In this document: positions 34,001 through 42,200 of the stretch, piece after piece
Numbering within the stretch: position 1 is the stretch's first letter
Layout: each line of letters opens with the position of its first letter
From: an uncultured Candidatus Saccharibacteria bacterium
Lineage (GTDB): Bacteria > Patescibacteriota > Minisyncoccia > Phycocordibacterales > UBA9973
Direction: 5' to 3'
Length of the DNA stretch: 42,510 bases
NCBI GenBank assembly: GCA_964356875.1
Contig: CAYHIX010000002.1
Location: forward strand, 1-42,510
Notes under the pieces: generated by a model
The model's database searches: none
The model's input: the letters and a program-made list of their open reading frames with translations, nothing else
What the model was told of the DNA's origin: nothing
Made by a program: the position numbers and the translations under genes

Positions 34001-34540
34001 AGAATCATCTTTGACGGGCAAGCAGAATTCAACATGCCTCCAATCTTTAACAAAGACACGGCAGGCTTTGCATTAGTGAAACAAGGGGACAAGAGTGTGC
34101 GTGTAGAATTTGAGGAGGAGTATGCGGCTACTCCAGTGGTTACTGCTTCACTTTCATTTGAGACTACAGACAACATAGATGAAACTTCTCTAGAAGATCT
34201 GTTTGCACAAAATATTTCTTCAATCATTGTAGAAAAAGATGAAACAGGCTTTACTATCGTATTAAATAAAAATGCTCCACAAGATATCCGCTTCTCATGG
34301 ATAGCTCTCGGAGTAAAAGACGCAGCCGTTTTTGAGAGTCTTGGTGAAGGTTTGGAAATTACATCACCTGCACCCGAAGAAAATTCTGGTGGTAGTGGTG
34401 GCGGAGAAGTATCTCCAGACCCAACACCTACTCCAATCCCAGAACCGGAACCAGAAATAATCCCCGAGCCAGAACCAGACCCTACGCCTGATGCAACTCC
34501 CGAACCTACACCCGAACCAGCACCCGAAGCTACACCATAA
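25040..34540 (+). CDS. Giant secreted/surface repeat protein (3166 aa): tail-fibre-like N-terminal module, Gly/Thr/Ala/Ser-rich (GTAS-rich) repeats, YadA-head-like repeats, a C-terminal autoproteolysis-like module and a Pro-rich tail
   Basis: A single uninterrupted frame in the ORF track. N-terminal hydrophobic signal/anchor (FFVVVLIIIANVFSAQTLHA). Internal duplications and motifs are described in the findings. A strong terminator follows directly. Confidence 0.9.
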   Translation: MKLYIKKFSETLVAKMLFSVRFFVVVLIIIANVFSAQTLHATAGIPKLINFQGRLMDNTGALLGTSGGTDYCFKFSIYDATTAGTKIWPTAAPTPDTLVVRTGVFDATIGVADTLDLAFTDDQAFVNVAVSAKSGTCDVGETGESYETLTPRPQIVSSAFAINSGTVGGFTPAQSATNNQIPVLTSGAIVLGHATTAGLASTGSNALTIDAGTSGILNLNNTSTGNILLGGGSLSTGCTLTNTTGAFACTAGLSGVGVNAGAGLLEGQLGLTITGAAVSLNASSNFDVNIATGTSTGDITLGGGTAGQLISINSDDWDISTAGAMTGISGIANNGAYTQSGSSANAFTGDSTFSGFLRATGAIAESAQSIDRIDIGVNSGTPRMVFEDSGSTIWQVDNFAGTFRWFTPGQERFTLDSSGNVDIKTGGLRFAATEVITSGRAAQNLTGVSSSGTIAFSGLSANGPVYTSGGTGTLTTTAPTSGAIGYWSRSGTTLETTTANDIVLIDTTNTTGADLAITNTGIYTGTGILNLTANSATTGTLASITGNGVTTGQLFAIDGGNAMTTGSVLGVTGTTYVHGAETGSLVSLAFTDATIAAVTSTTNGILLSPTINAPSGAATRTINGISIAPAFTACTAGTCAVNGLNIGNVTDGTGFTGIGIKVGTGWDTGITAPGTAANSERFGLGATVPSGTGGLAFGYGATANASGATYPIAIGYNSSATGQQSIVVGGASTAVGNGDITIGSNATSTASNTIVIGTSAASTSNEEVLIGGSATGYNAGNGYLVGIGHSVAATGQYSTAVGYDSSSTHTGAVVLGASTISGGNYSIALGTSATTTAANQFVAGSNGAQITDVYFSEGVTNATPLAWILNGTGGSGTDIAGGDITIAGGKGTGNAAGGDILFQTSNAGASSATLQSLSTKMILTELGSVGIGDTSPAALFTVGSGDLFQIASNGNLTSANAGTWTFSNDTDFVLTGGTNGLSIDGTTFSVDGSNNRVGIGTAAPSTPLHILVDNATNNDVTNFITLTHTTSGTPANGIGAGILFQAEDTNSENELAAYINGALTGASHGSETGSLSFYTKKVGGYSAMIFDSAARLGINTSPSGGAQLDILNDSSAINNGILLTSTASVGGSPYYGLNIDRSSGTASTAYGIYVNVASTSTNIAAQLSTTNSATNTASSVMNLISLTSGTAANNIGAQMNFYTEDDSGATELAASIAGILTNATHGAEAGALVLSTRAGEVLRLLNNGNAGFGTTGAENALDINSATGANLQLTYNDSNGSAANKVNLGTTATGDLTVVPSGGDMGLTGVLSVSSILQVGSATPTTYSRLGTATTNRSLDAANDLLISDDLEVEDDAWIEGDLTVTGTCTGCGGSTFSGEVDDATNDSLTFTSDDASAPAGTVNSIFRDNTGDMNINTVTGKTLNVQIAGTDEYNFSASALAMNSNNITGLGTDITATAALTITSTGASNDITLTSADQIILNSTGTIELQDATNVTGNADVSGTLFAGTGDAFQVATSGAVTAVGVNSGAGLLQGALGLTVTGAAVSLNDSQNFNVTIATGTSTGDITLGGGTAGQLISINSDDWDISTAGAITNATYEGLTITANGTNTLNIAAGKTLVVSNSITLAGTDSTVMTFPTTSATIARTDAGQTFTGVNTFTSPRIITDISDTNGNELFKFTATGSAVNELTLANAATGGIITLAATGGDTDVEFRIDSKGADALHLNATATGSILFAGGSGSSGCTITTSGALTCDGNITGPATGSIGYWSRSGTTLETTTANDIVLIDTTNTSGADLAITNTGVYTGTGVFNLTANSATTGVVGQINANGLTTGTALDISSSGTITTTGALLNLTANSATTSTGVIRASATALTTGFMQAATLGTALTTGGYLNLTGASYAPAAGATGNLINIAFTNAATNGTGSSTVTGMSITPTVSNNGAGIQETYGIYVQNTAGTPSTGTQNTYGMRIGNQGRSGAEASYGLLIDNQSGSTANTGALISVSGASEGIHIAGTTLTSGTGLSISDTVVQSGLSSFTGNYIDISMTRINATSGTTTDSGKYLNVSRTGSGVTGGAFAITGNLVNLASTCSSTCTDSGKILQLTQSFATASGTVLGIDGAGTGNLISADATAATANGVSIDIQSSSSSQYALNVTTNNAGTNALWIGGDGNLGIGDITPANKLTVTGAASISSVLQVGQETVAAYSRLGAGTTTHTMDAANDLLISDDLEVDDDAWIDGDLTVTGTCTGCGGGAFSGEVDDTTNDSLTFTSDDASAPAGTVNSIFRDNTGDMNINTVTGKTLNVQIAGTDEYNFSASALAMNSNNITGLGTALTATAGLTVTATAANLALVTATSGNITLAPASTGSVQITSGVTTGTGTSSGVSIVANSLTQGTGLDISSTSLTTGTLEKLTLSGTSAIATAASSGSALTISSSATGWTGATQTLAAVTSSGSNSNASVVLRGLSSSVTNTATTSTNVAGYFNASGATTNLGLNVDAGQTLLGGTTLTSGTLSKLNIVSTMASNGSTTAIAGIHGDYTFNNGGTAGYVQIGNRFVFNNAPTTNSNTMVGETIRVVDNSGLANLVRGIDITANAGSNTAGTNTGIRTTAATFGIQAIISSTAGGVAIPAAIYGENTGTTNGDILRLYTGSMTSATSMAQLYHDTSTFTGDGLLMDMAVSTGTFSGNFINLKNASVLKFKVTSAGVVSMGLSATASTNAVCSSLANATGPTAGTAYEIRDCNAAPAADYAEMYPVESGVEFGDIVATGDVMINTYDTTDGNIDWTKLKGQITKLEKSTKAYQGNIVGIVSDNYGDFTSAGHNIKDADNPMPVALNGRVPVKVASTSEPIVAGDYLTTSADEPGKATKAVKAGIVIGKAIAPWNPGQATVMVYVEQGYYNGESLSSFAGITITGTAEDSAMILAKFLEEQDSIGYDVSEILTDRLAAGLEIITPRLTASEIDTGVLRVGESATFPGLTMLAGEEDLPARIIFDGQAEFNMPPIFNKDTAGFALVKQGDKSVRVEFEEEYAATPVVTASLSFETTDNIDETSLEDLFAQNISSIIVEKDETGFTIVLNKNAPQDIRFSWIALGVKDAAVFESLGEGLEITSPAPEENSGGSGGGEVSPDPTPTPIPEPEPEIIPEPEPDPTPDATPEPTPEPAPEATP
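25806..26020 (+). repeat. Intragenic repeat A, copy 1
   Basis: Encodes GVGVNAGAGLLEGQLGLTITGAAVSLNASSNFDVNIATGTSTGDITLGGGTAGQLISINSDDWDISTAGAMTG. The paralogous copy is at 29610..29825. Confidence 0.8.
26481..26655 (+). repeat. Intragenic repeat B, copy 1
   Basis: Encodes GAIGYWSRSGTTLETTTANDIVLIDTTNTTGADLAITNTGIYTGTGILNLTANSATTG. The second copy is at 30331..30505. Confidence 0.8.
28968..29397 (+). repeat. Intragenic repeat C, copy 1 (about 430 nt)
   Basis: Encodes ...SSILQVGSATPTTYSRLG...DAANDLLISDDLEVEDDAWIEGDLTVTGTCTGCGG...NSIFRDNTGDMNINTVTGKTLNVQIAGTDEYNFSASALAMNSNNITGLGT. The second copy is at 31601..32034. Confidence 0.85.
29610..29825 (+). repeat. Intragenic repeat A, copy 2
   Basis: Encodes AVGVNSGAGLLQGALGLTVTGAAVSLNDSQNFNVTIATGTSTGDITLGGGTAGQLISINSDDWDISTAGAIT. 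Confidence 0.8.
30331..30505 (+). repeat. Intragenic repeat B, copy 2
   Basis: Encodes GSIGYWSRSGTTLETTTANDIVLIDTTNTSGADLAITNTGVYTGTGVFNLTANSATTG. Confidence 0.8.
31601..32034 (+). repeat. Intragenic repeat C, copy 2
   Basis: Encodes ...SSVLQVGQETVAAYSRLG...DAANDLLISDDLEVDDDAWIDGDLTVTGTCTGCGG...NITGLGT. It contains a 107-nt block (31862..31968) identical to 29225..29331. Confidence 0.85.
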
Positions 34541-34575
34541 AAAAAATTCTAGTTTATAAACTAGAATTTTTTTTA
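34541..34575. terminator. Bidirectional rho-independent terminator
   Basis: AATTCTAGTTTA/TAAACTAGAATT is a perfect 12-bp inverted repeat flanked by an A-run and a T-run. It lies between the convergent giant gene and 34586..35128(-). Confidence 0.85.
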
Positions 34576-34585
34576 TTTTATATTT

Positions 34586-35128
34586 TTAGATGGTTCGCAT
34601 TTTGGTAATTTTTTTGAAAAGTTTTTTTGGCGGTTCTTCTTTTTGTTCTATTGATCCAGTTTCGTTTTCATTTTTTTTTCTTATTAAATTCGCTAAAGTG
34701 TATGTGACTTGTGGATAACTTTTTTCTTTTTTTGCGGGGGAAATATCTGTGAGGAATTTTTTTACGGGTGGGGTGATGGATTTTTCATCTTTTGGCTTAC
34801 TTAAGCTCATCGCCCAGGCTTTGAAAGTCAGAGCATTTGCTGGAGAGAGTGATTTTAGTATTTCAGTGATAAGATAAACATCTGCCACATCTGTCAAGTA
34901 AAACTTGCCATCAGAAGCCTCTAATTTAAGTTGGTTACATTCTGTAACCAACTGCTTTTGTTTTGTATTTAAACGGTTTTTAAAAACCTTCCAGTAGTTT
35001 CGGGGATTAGAGGTTTTGGTGACAATTCCGACTATATCTACAATAGAAAAACTCCATTTTCCGGCATCTTCATCCCACTTTTTTCTGACTGTGTCAAACT
35101 TTATTTTTTTGATATTTTCTTCGTTCAT
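34586..35128 (-). CDS. Bro-N / DinD-like DNA-binding domain protein (180 aa)
   Basis: KWSFSIVDIVGIVT...NPRNYWKVFKNRL...CNQLKLEASDGKFYLTDVAD...LSPANALTFKAWA resembles the Bro-N/DinD consensus (W.FS..D......YW..LK.RL....LKL.A.DGK...TD....PS.KAE.FK.W). Confidence 0.55.
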   Translation of the reverse strand: MNEENIKKIKFDTVRKKWDEDAGKWSFSIVDIVGIVTKTSNPRNYWKVFKNRLNTKQKQLVTECNQLKLEASDGKFYLTDVADVYLITEILKSLSPANALTFKAWAMSLSKPKDEKSITPPVKKFLTDISPAKKEKSYPQVTYTLANLIRKKNENETGSIEQKEEPPKKLFKKITKMRTI

Positions 35129-35257
35129 TTTCTTTTGTTTATACAGTATATACCAAGAAGAGAGAATTGAGCAATAAAATTTTTAAGAATTTTTCTTAAA
35201 AAACCTCAAAATCTCTATACAAATACAGCTGATAGTAAGGTATAATTATTAACATCG

Positions 35258-36241
35258 ATGAAAAAACTAGAAAATCTTTTTGAAGAATACAAAAAGTTGA
35301 GTTTTCATAAAAAAGTTCTACAGGTTATCTGTATTTTTTTGATCGTTACCAATCTAGTTATTTTTACATTCTATCGTAATGAAGTTGCACGTCATGTGGT
35401 AAGTGACTATGAGGCAAAATACTCATTAATAGATTCTCATAGGCAGTTTCATCAGAGCGAAGACATGATCGTCAATATTCAAGAGCTTCGTGAATACTTA
35501 AAATTATTACCGGAGCAAAATAAAGATTGGGCCGAACTTTCTATATATTTCGAAGTTCTAAATACTGGTGCGAATGTATCAGTAAATCCTGATCTGAAAA
35601 TATGGCCTGCAAGTCTAGCCAAGTTACCAATTGCAATGGTAGCTATGAAAAAAGTTGAAAAAGGCGAATGGTCACTTGATACATTTTTTGAATTAAAAAA
35701 AGAAGATATTGATCAAGACAGCGTACTTGTAGAAGTAGGTAAAAAATACACACTTAAAGAAATAATAAATTCAATGTTGTATCTATCAGATAATTCTAGC
35801 TGGAAGATTCTTTCTAGGAGTTTGTCTGACCAAGAAGTTATGGATATAGGAAACGCTGTCGGATTAGACGAGCTCTTTGTTAAAGACGCAAAAGTAAGTG
35901 CTAAAGAATACGCTAGGCTTTACCGAGCTTTGTATTTGGCAGTTTACTTAAATGAAGAAAATTCACAATTGTTGTTAGATATTCTCACTAAAAATTCTTT
36001 CAAAGATTTTCTAAGGAGTGGACTACCAAAAGATTTTTTGTTTGCACAAAAGTGGGGTACGAATACAATAGTAAATGCTTATTCAGATTCTGGGATTATA
36101 TATATAGAAGAAAGACCATATATATTAGTCGTCATGCTCCAGAGTAAATTAGATGACGTTAAGCTTAGTAGAGAAAAGGCAAATCAGTTAATGAAAGAAA
36201 TTAGTGAAAGATCTTACAACTTTATGTCAAAAAATAATTAA
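35258..36241 (+). CDS. Membrane-anchored serine hydrolase with a class A beta-lactamase / PBP-like fold
   Basis: N-terminal TM (VLQVICIFLIVTNLVIFTF). SxxK appears as PASLAKL, SDN as YLSDNSSW, and a KTG-like box as QKWGTN. Confidence 0.65.
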   Translation: MKKLENLFEEYKKLSFHKKVLQVICIFLIVTNLVIFTFYRNEVARHVVSDYEAKYSLIDSHRQFHQSEDMIVNIQELREYLKLLPEQNKDWAELSIYFEVLNTGANVSVNPDLKIWPASLAKLPIAMVAMKKVEKGEWSLDTFFELKKEDIDQDSVLVEVGKKYTLKEIINSMLYLSDNSSWKILSRSLSDQEVMDIGNAVGLDELFVKDAKVSAKEYARLYRALYLAVYLNEENSQLLLDILTKNSFKDFLRSGLPKDFLFAQKWGTNTIVNAYSDSGIIYIEERPYILVVMLQSKLDDVKLSREKANQLMKEISERSYNFMSKNN

Positions 36242-36247
36242 AACAAT

Positions 36248-39200
36248 ATGAAAGTCTCAGCATTCATGATAGCTAAAATAAAATACTTATTAAGAATCTT
36301 CTCTAAATCTTTAGTAGTTGTTTTTATTTTTTCTTTATTTTTAGCTCAGTTTAATTTAGCACAAGCCATAGATGGAACTGGTATGCTTAACTTTGATGAA
36401 GACGGATTAAACAATGTGTCGCCGCATTATAGGACATGGAGCGGGACTGACTTCGGAGGAGAAAGTAATGCTCAAGACGATGAGTCTGCGAGTGATGATA
36501 CAAACCATACAATAGTAGAAGCTTCACCAACTCGTGATGAATACATAATGGGACGTTTGGAGTTAAATGGTCACGTGGACGTCCAGGTGTTTAGTGGTGG
36601 ATCTTGGATCAATGGAACAAACGCACCAACAAACGGAAACTTCACGACAGGCCTCGGTACTACAAATGACATAGCCAGGGGGTTTGATGTGGCTTATGAA
36701 AACGAAAGTGGCGAAGGGATGGTAGTCTACGAAAGTTCGTCTAGTGGTGATGGATTACTTAAGTATAGAACTTGGGATGGTGATAGTTGGTCTAGTGAAG
36801 ATTCCATTGATTACTCAGCAGTGGATGAAGGTAATGCTGTCGCGGTTTGGGTAGAATGTGAAGCAGATCCTGGTAGTAACTACATAATGTGTGCATGGCG
36901 AGAAGCTACTAACTTAGGTCTGTATGCAGCAGTTTGGGACGGCACTCAATGGCTCAACATAGCACAAATAGCTTCAGAAAATGGCACAGCTGCTAGGCAA
37001 GATTTTGATGTAGCATGGGAAGGTACAAGTGGTGATGGGATGATAGTATTCGGTGATGCCACAGGCGCACCTTTTATAGATGCATGGACATATACAAAAG
37101 GCTCAGGCTGGGCTGATACATCAAGCATGACTGACCCTGGTGCAGCAGTTCAATGGGTACGAATAGCCGGCAGTCCGATTAATGATTATATTGCAGTAAT
37201 GATAGGGGACACTCTTTCTACTACTAGTGCTGACTTGAACGTAGATATGTGGAATGGTTCTAACTGGACAACAGCAAACCAGCCCGGAACTATGGATATC
37301 GATATAAACAACAACGGATATGCCCAAGGCTTTGATGTGGCTTGGGAGCAGGCGACCGGAGATAGGGCTTTGTTTGTATTTCGTGATGGTACAACGAGTG
37401 AAACTTTGATTCGTTATATGGTTTATGATATTTCTGCAAACCAATTTCAAGCCATAGAAGACGGTACGCACTGTGCTTTGACAGAAGGTGCGGCGGGTTA
37501 TGCAGAAACTATTACAAACCTTTCTGCAGTAGAAGATTCCGCTGGTCCTTGTACTGCTACTTTTGCATTAGCGGATTCTTTTTCTGGTATAGATTTAAAT
37601 CCTGATCCTGGATCGAATAAAATTATGGTTTTGGCTGAGGACTTAACTGCAGACTTAGTGCCCGAAGCATTTTTGTGGAATGGTGACGCGAACGGTACAT
37701 GGCTTGCGCAGACAGCCACGATGCAAGGTTTTGAAACTGATCTCTCTACGGGGGCCACTCTGTCGAACTCTTTTCCGACAAAACCATATGACTTTGCTTA
37801 TCGTCAAGCGGGCGTTCACAATGTCTGGACAACGGGAACACAGACTACGAACATGACAGTCGGTGCTACGAATCAATACGTAGGGGGAGCTTTTGTTATC
37901 AACAGAACTACGAGTACAGCGAATGTAACCAGCATAACTATTACCGAACAAGGTACAGTCAATGCACAAACTAATTTAGATAATATAAAACTCTATTATG
38001 ACCTAGATAGTAGTGCTCCTTATAACTGTGCTAGTGAAGATTATGCTGGTGGTGCGACTCAATACGGCTCGACTGATACTGATGGTTTTTCTGCTACGAA
38101 TGGATCTTCTACATTTACTGGATCAGTAGCAGTCACGCCTACCTCAGTAATGTGTGTATACACAGTCTTAGATGTAGGAAGTGGAGCGACGGGTGCTGAG
38201 ACAATTGAAATTCAAATAACAACTCCTAGTACTGACATTGTCGTTTCTGCAGGGTCTATCAGAAATGGATTTGCTCGAGTTATTTCTGGAACTACAACTA
38301 TACAAAATGCTATTACTATATCCGGAACTTGTGATGCGTATGATTTGACTACTGACTGTACTGACGATGGTAGCAATTCTATAAAAGTTGCTGTGAATGG
38401 GACTTTGCAGGGTCAAACTGATTCTGTCGTAGATGGTGCATGGTCTATCGGCTCTATTTCGCAGCCAGTTGCTGGCGATGTAATTACTGTATTTATAGAT
38501 GGTGGAGCGACGGACAGTGAAGAGGCGGTGGCTATAACTAAATATGATGGAAGTGGAGACATAGATCTTGTTCGTTTGTATAAAGAACATGTGACTATTG
38601 GTACAGATACTGGTAGTGCAAACTCCGGACAAAGTTTGACTAGTACCAACTTAGAACAATACGATAACGAAGCGTCGGCTGATGAGGATGTGTTTTATGA
38701 ATCCGACACTGTTGCATTTACTTGTGATGGAGTGGCATCGAGTACCGGGTTTTGTTTGGATAAAAATGCGCAAACTAGTACGGGTCGCTTAACTATTTTA
38801 AGTGGTAATACATTTGCACCAGCGAGTAATATTAATGTACACGACATTGCAATAATCGGTACGTTTACTGGTAATGGCAACACTTATACTGTTAGCGGTT
38901 CTTGGAACGATACAGGAACTTTTACAGAAGGTACTAGTACAGTTACATTTACTTCTACATCGACAGGAGAAACTATTACTACGACAGGGTCAACATTTAG
39001 TACTTTAACTTTTAATGGTGTGGCAGGAGTGTGGACTCTACAAGATAGTGCGACTGTGTCGGGAGTACTAACTATTACTAATGGTGAGTTTAATGCCGGC
39101 TCGGGGACACTCACATTTTCAGGTACTGGTACTCCGCTAGTTGTATCAGGTACGTTCACTGCCTCGACAGGAACAGTGCAGTATACAGCAGCGACGGCGA

Positions 39201-42200
39201 CAGTGACGGTAACCACTTTTAATAATTTAATTTTAGGAGGCACTGGTACATATACTCTCCCTGCGTCAACTTGGAATATTAATGGCGATCTTACTATCAC
39301 CACTGGCGCAACTATCACTAAGGGCGCGGGAACAATTACTTTTAACGGAAGTGCAAATACTAAAACTATCACAGGTAATGCCACGAACAGTGACCTGGGA
39401 ACGATATCGATTGGTAACGGTTCACTTGCAAAGATTATAAATTTGGGATCGTCTATAAAATTAACTGCTGTTACTATCACTGCAGGCGCGACATTTGATA
39501 TTAGTTCTGATACTTTAACTTTGACTAGTACTACAACACCACTTACTACTACGGGAACTTTTACAACTACTGGTAGTACAGTTGTTTATACCGGTAACGG
39601 ACCTACTATAGCAGCTACAAATTATAATAATCTCGAGGTGTCACCAGCCACAAATAGCGGTACAGCTGTGTTCGCTGCCGGTACATTTACTATTGGTGGT
39701 AATCTCACTATTGGTAATGGAACAAACACATTAGTTGCGGTAACTGCTGCTACAAATGCATCGATATTAAATGTCACTGGTAATTTTACTATTAGCAACA
39801 ATACTACCTTTACAGCTAATACTGCGAACGCTTTAAGCATCGGTGGTAATTGGAGTCTCGGTGCCACATCTGCTGTATTTACAGCAAACTCTGGTACGGT
39901 AACATTTACAGCTACTGATACTGGAAACACATTAAGTGGAGGCATGACTGGCAGTAGTGCTTTTTACAATCTTATATTTAATGGTAGTGGTGGAGACTGG
40001 TATTTGAGCAGTGCTCACGACTTGAGCGTCGCGAACTTATTGACTGTTACTGCAGGAACTTTTAAAGGAGTATCTAGTGATGCCTACAATTTATATGCGC
40101 GAAATGGTTTAGTTGGAAATGGAATAGTAGATACTTCTACTTATGGAGGTAGTACTGTCGTAGATGGTAGTTTTGGTGGCGATAGTAACTGGATATTTAG
40201 TACGCTTCAAACTACTACTGCAAATGGTGGTGGGGTAATTACTGCGACTGGTAGTGGCTCTATTACAGTCGCTGGTGTGTTTTCAATGCAAAGCAGTAGT
40301 ACATTTAACGCTGGAAGTAAGACTTATATTTTATCTAGAGCATTTACTTCACCATTTGATCCATCTGGAGGTACATTTAATCCTGATACTTCCACTTTCC
40401 GCTTTACCGGTGCAGGCGATATTACCATCGCGCGTCCTGCGAATGGTTACTATAACTTAGAATCAAAGCCAGCATCTACTAATACGCACATACTTGCAGG
40501 CGGCGGTACATTAACCATCGCGAATGATTTTACTGTGGGTACCGGCTCAAACGCATCTATAGTAGACGCTGAAACAAACGATCCAGTAATTGATATTAAT
40601 AGAGATTTCATCACTAGCGCTTCGGCAACTTTTTCTGCTTCGTCTACGAGCACTATGACAGTTGCGCGTAACTTCACCGATGGTGGTACATTTACCTCAA
40701 ATACTGGTACAGTGCAACTAGATACTACGGCTGCTGCGGTAGTATCAGGCACAGTCACCTTTAATAATTTTACAGTTACTACTGCGACTAAAGACATCAC
40801 TTTTACTGCAGGTGAAACTACTACAATAAATGGATTACTTACTTTAACTGGAGGTAGTGGCGCGGGGAATGAGATAACTTTAAATTCTACAACAGGAAGT
40901 TCTAGCTGGACTATCAACCATCAAGGTACCGAAAACATCACGTATACTACTGTCACGTGGAGTGCTTGTCATGGCTCAAGTACTACTATCACAGCAGATG
41001 GAACGGGGAATACTAACGGCGGCAATAACGGTGTGTGTTGGACTTTGCCTGCTACTGGTATAACTGTCTCTGGTATTTTGTATGACACAGATGGGACTAG
41101 TGCATATGCCACAGTGACAGCTATGAAGCTTTCCATAGAAGGAGCTACAGCAGTAACTACAAATTCTATCGTAACTTCTGGTGTATTTAGTTTTGCTACG
41201 GATACACTTCCATCCGCTGGAGACGACATAACAATATGGCTCAATACTGATGGAGGAATCCAGGGAACTTTAGTATTTAAATATGGTACTTCGTGTACAG
41301 GGCACACAGACTGTACCGGGCTTTCTGTTGTTCGTAATCAAGTTCGTGTGCAAAACTTTCATAGTGGAGCTATTGCAAATACTGATTTGGCAGCTTGTGA
41401 CAATGACTCTGGTGCGGGATGCGCAGATGCTGATATTGGATTTACTGCGAACGCAGGAGTGTTGACCAATACTTGGAGTACTAATACTTTGAATATTTCT
41501 GGCAGTACGAGCTTTACACCAGGAGGGAATATAATAGTGAATAATCTTACTATCAGTGATGGTACTGTTGATATGGCAGGTAACAATTTAAATGTTGGAG
41601 CAGCAGGAGAAGCGAACTCTGGAAATATAAAAGTTGCGAGTGGTGAAGTGCTGAGTCAATCTACTAGTGGTACGACAACTATCTTAGGCTCTGCGAGCGG
41701 GAACAACTGTATTGGTGCTAATGCTGCTTCTTGTGCAGGTACTTCTGGTACGATAACTTTTGGTAATTTAACTATTGGAAATGCAAGTACTACATTTACA
41801 ACTTTATTAGGAAACAACGCGGGTGCTGGAACGGACGTTACAGTTGGAACAGTTTTGACTGTTACCACAAATGCAACCTTGAGCAATGGAATGGCTACGC
41901 TGATTTTATCCGGGGCAGGGACACCTTTCGTGCTTAATGGAACCTTTGCTGGAGGGAATAATGGATATTTTAGGTACACTGGATTTAGTAGTCCGGTTAC
42001 TATTAAAAACGCTTCATACGTAAACTTAGAATTAAAACCGGGAGGAGCACAAACATATATTCTTGAAGGCGGCGGTACTTTTTATGCACTGGCTTTGGTA
42101 GTCGGGGATGGAACTAACGTGGTCACTGTGGATGCCGAAACGAATGATCCTGTATTGTATACAGCGTATGGATTAACTTTGAATGCTAATAGTGTTTGGA

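Noticed and set aside
25073-34227. Many long minus-strand ORFs inside the first giant gene (for example 28990..29742, 33730..34227 and 31684..32118)
   Set aside because: They lie antisense to an uninterrupted 9.5-kb frame with clear protein repeats and motifs. Their translations are low-complexity Pro/Val/Ala/Ser strings, typical of shadow ORFs produced by the biased Gly/Thr/Ala/Ser-rich codon usage of the sense strand.
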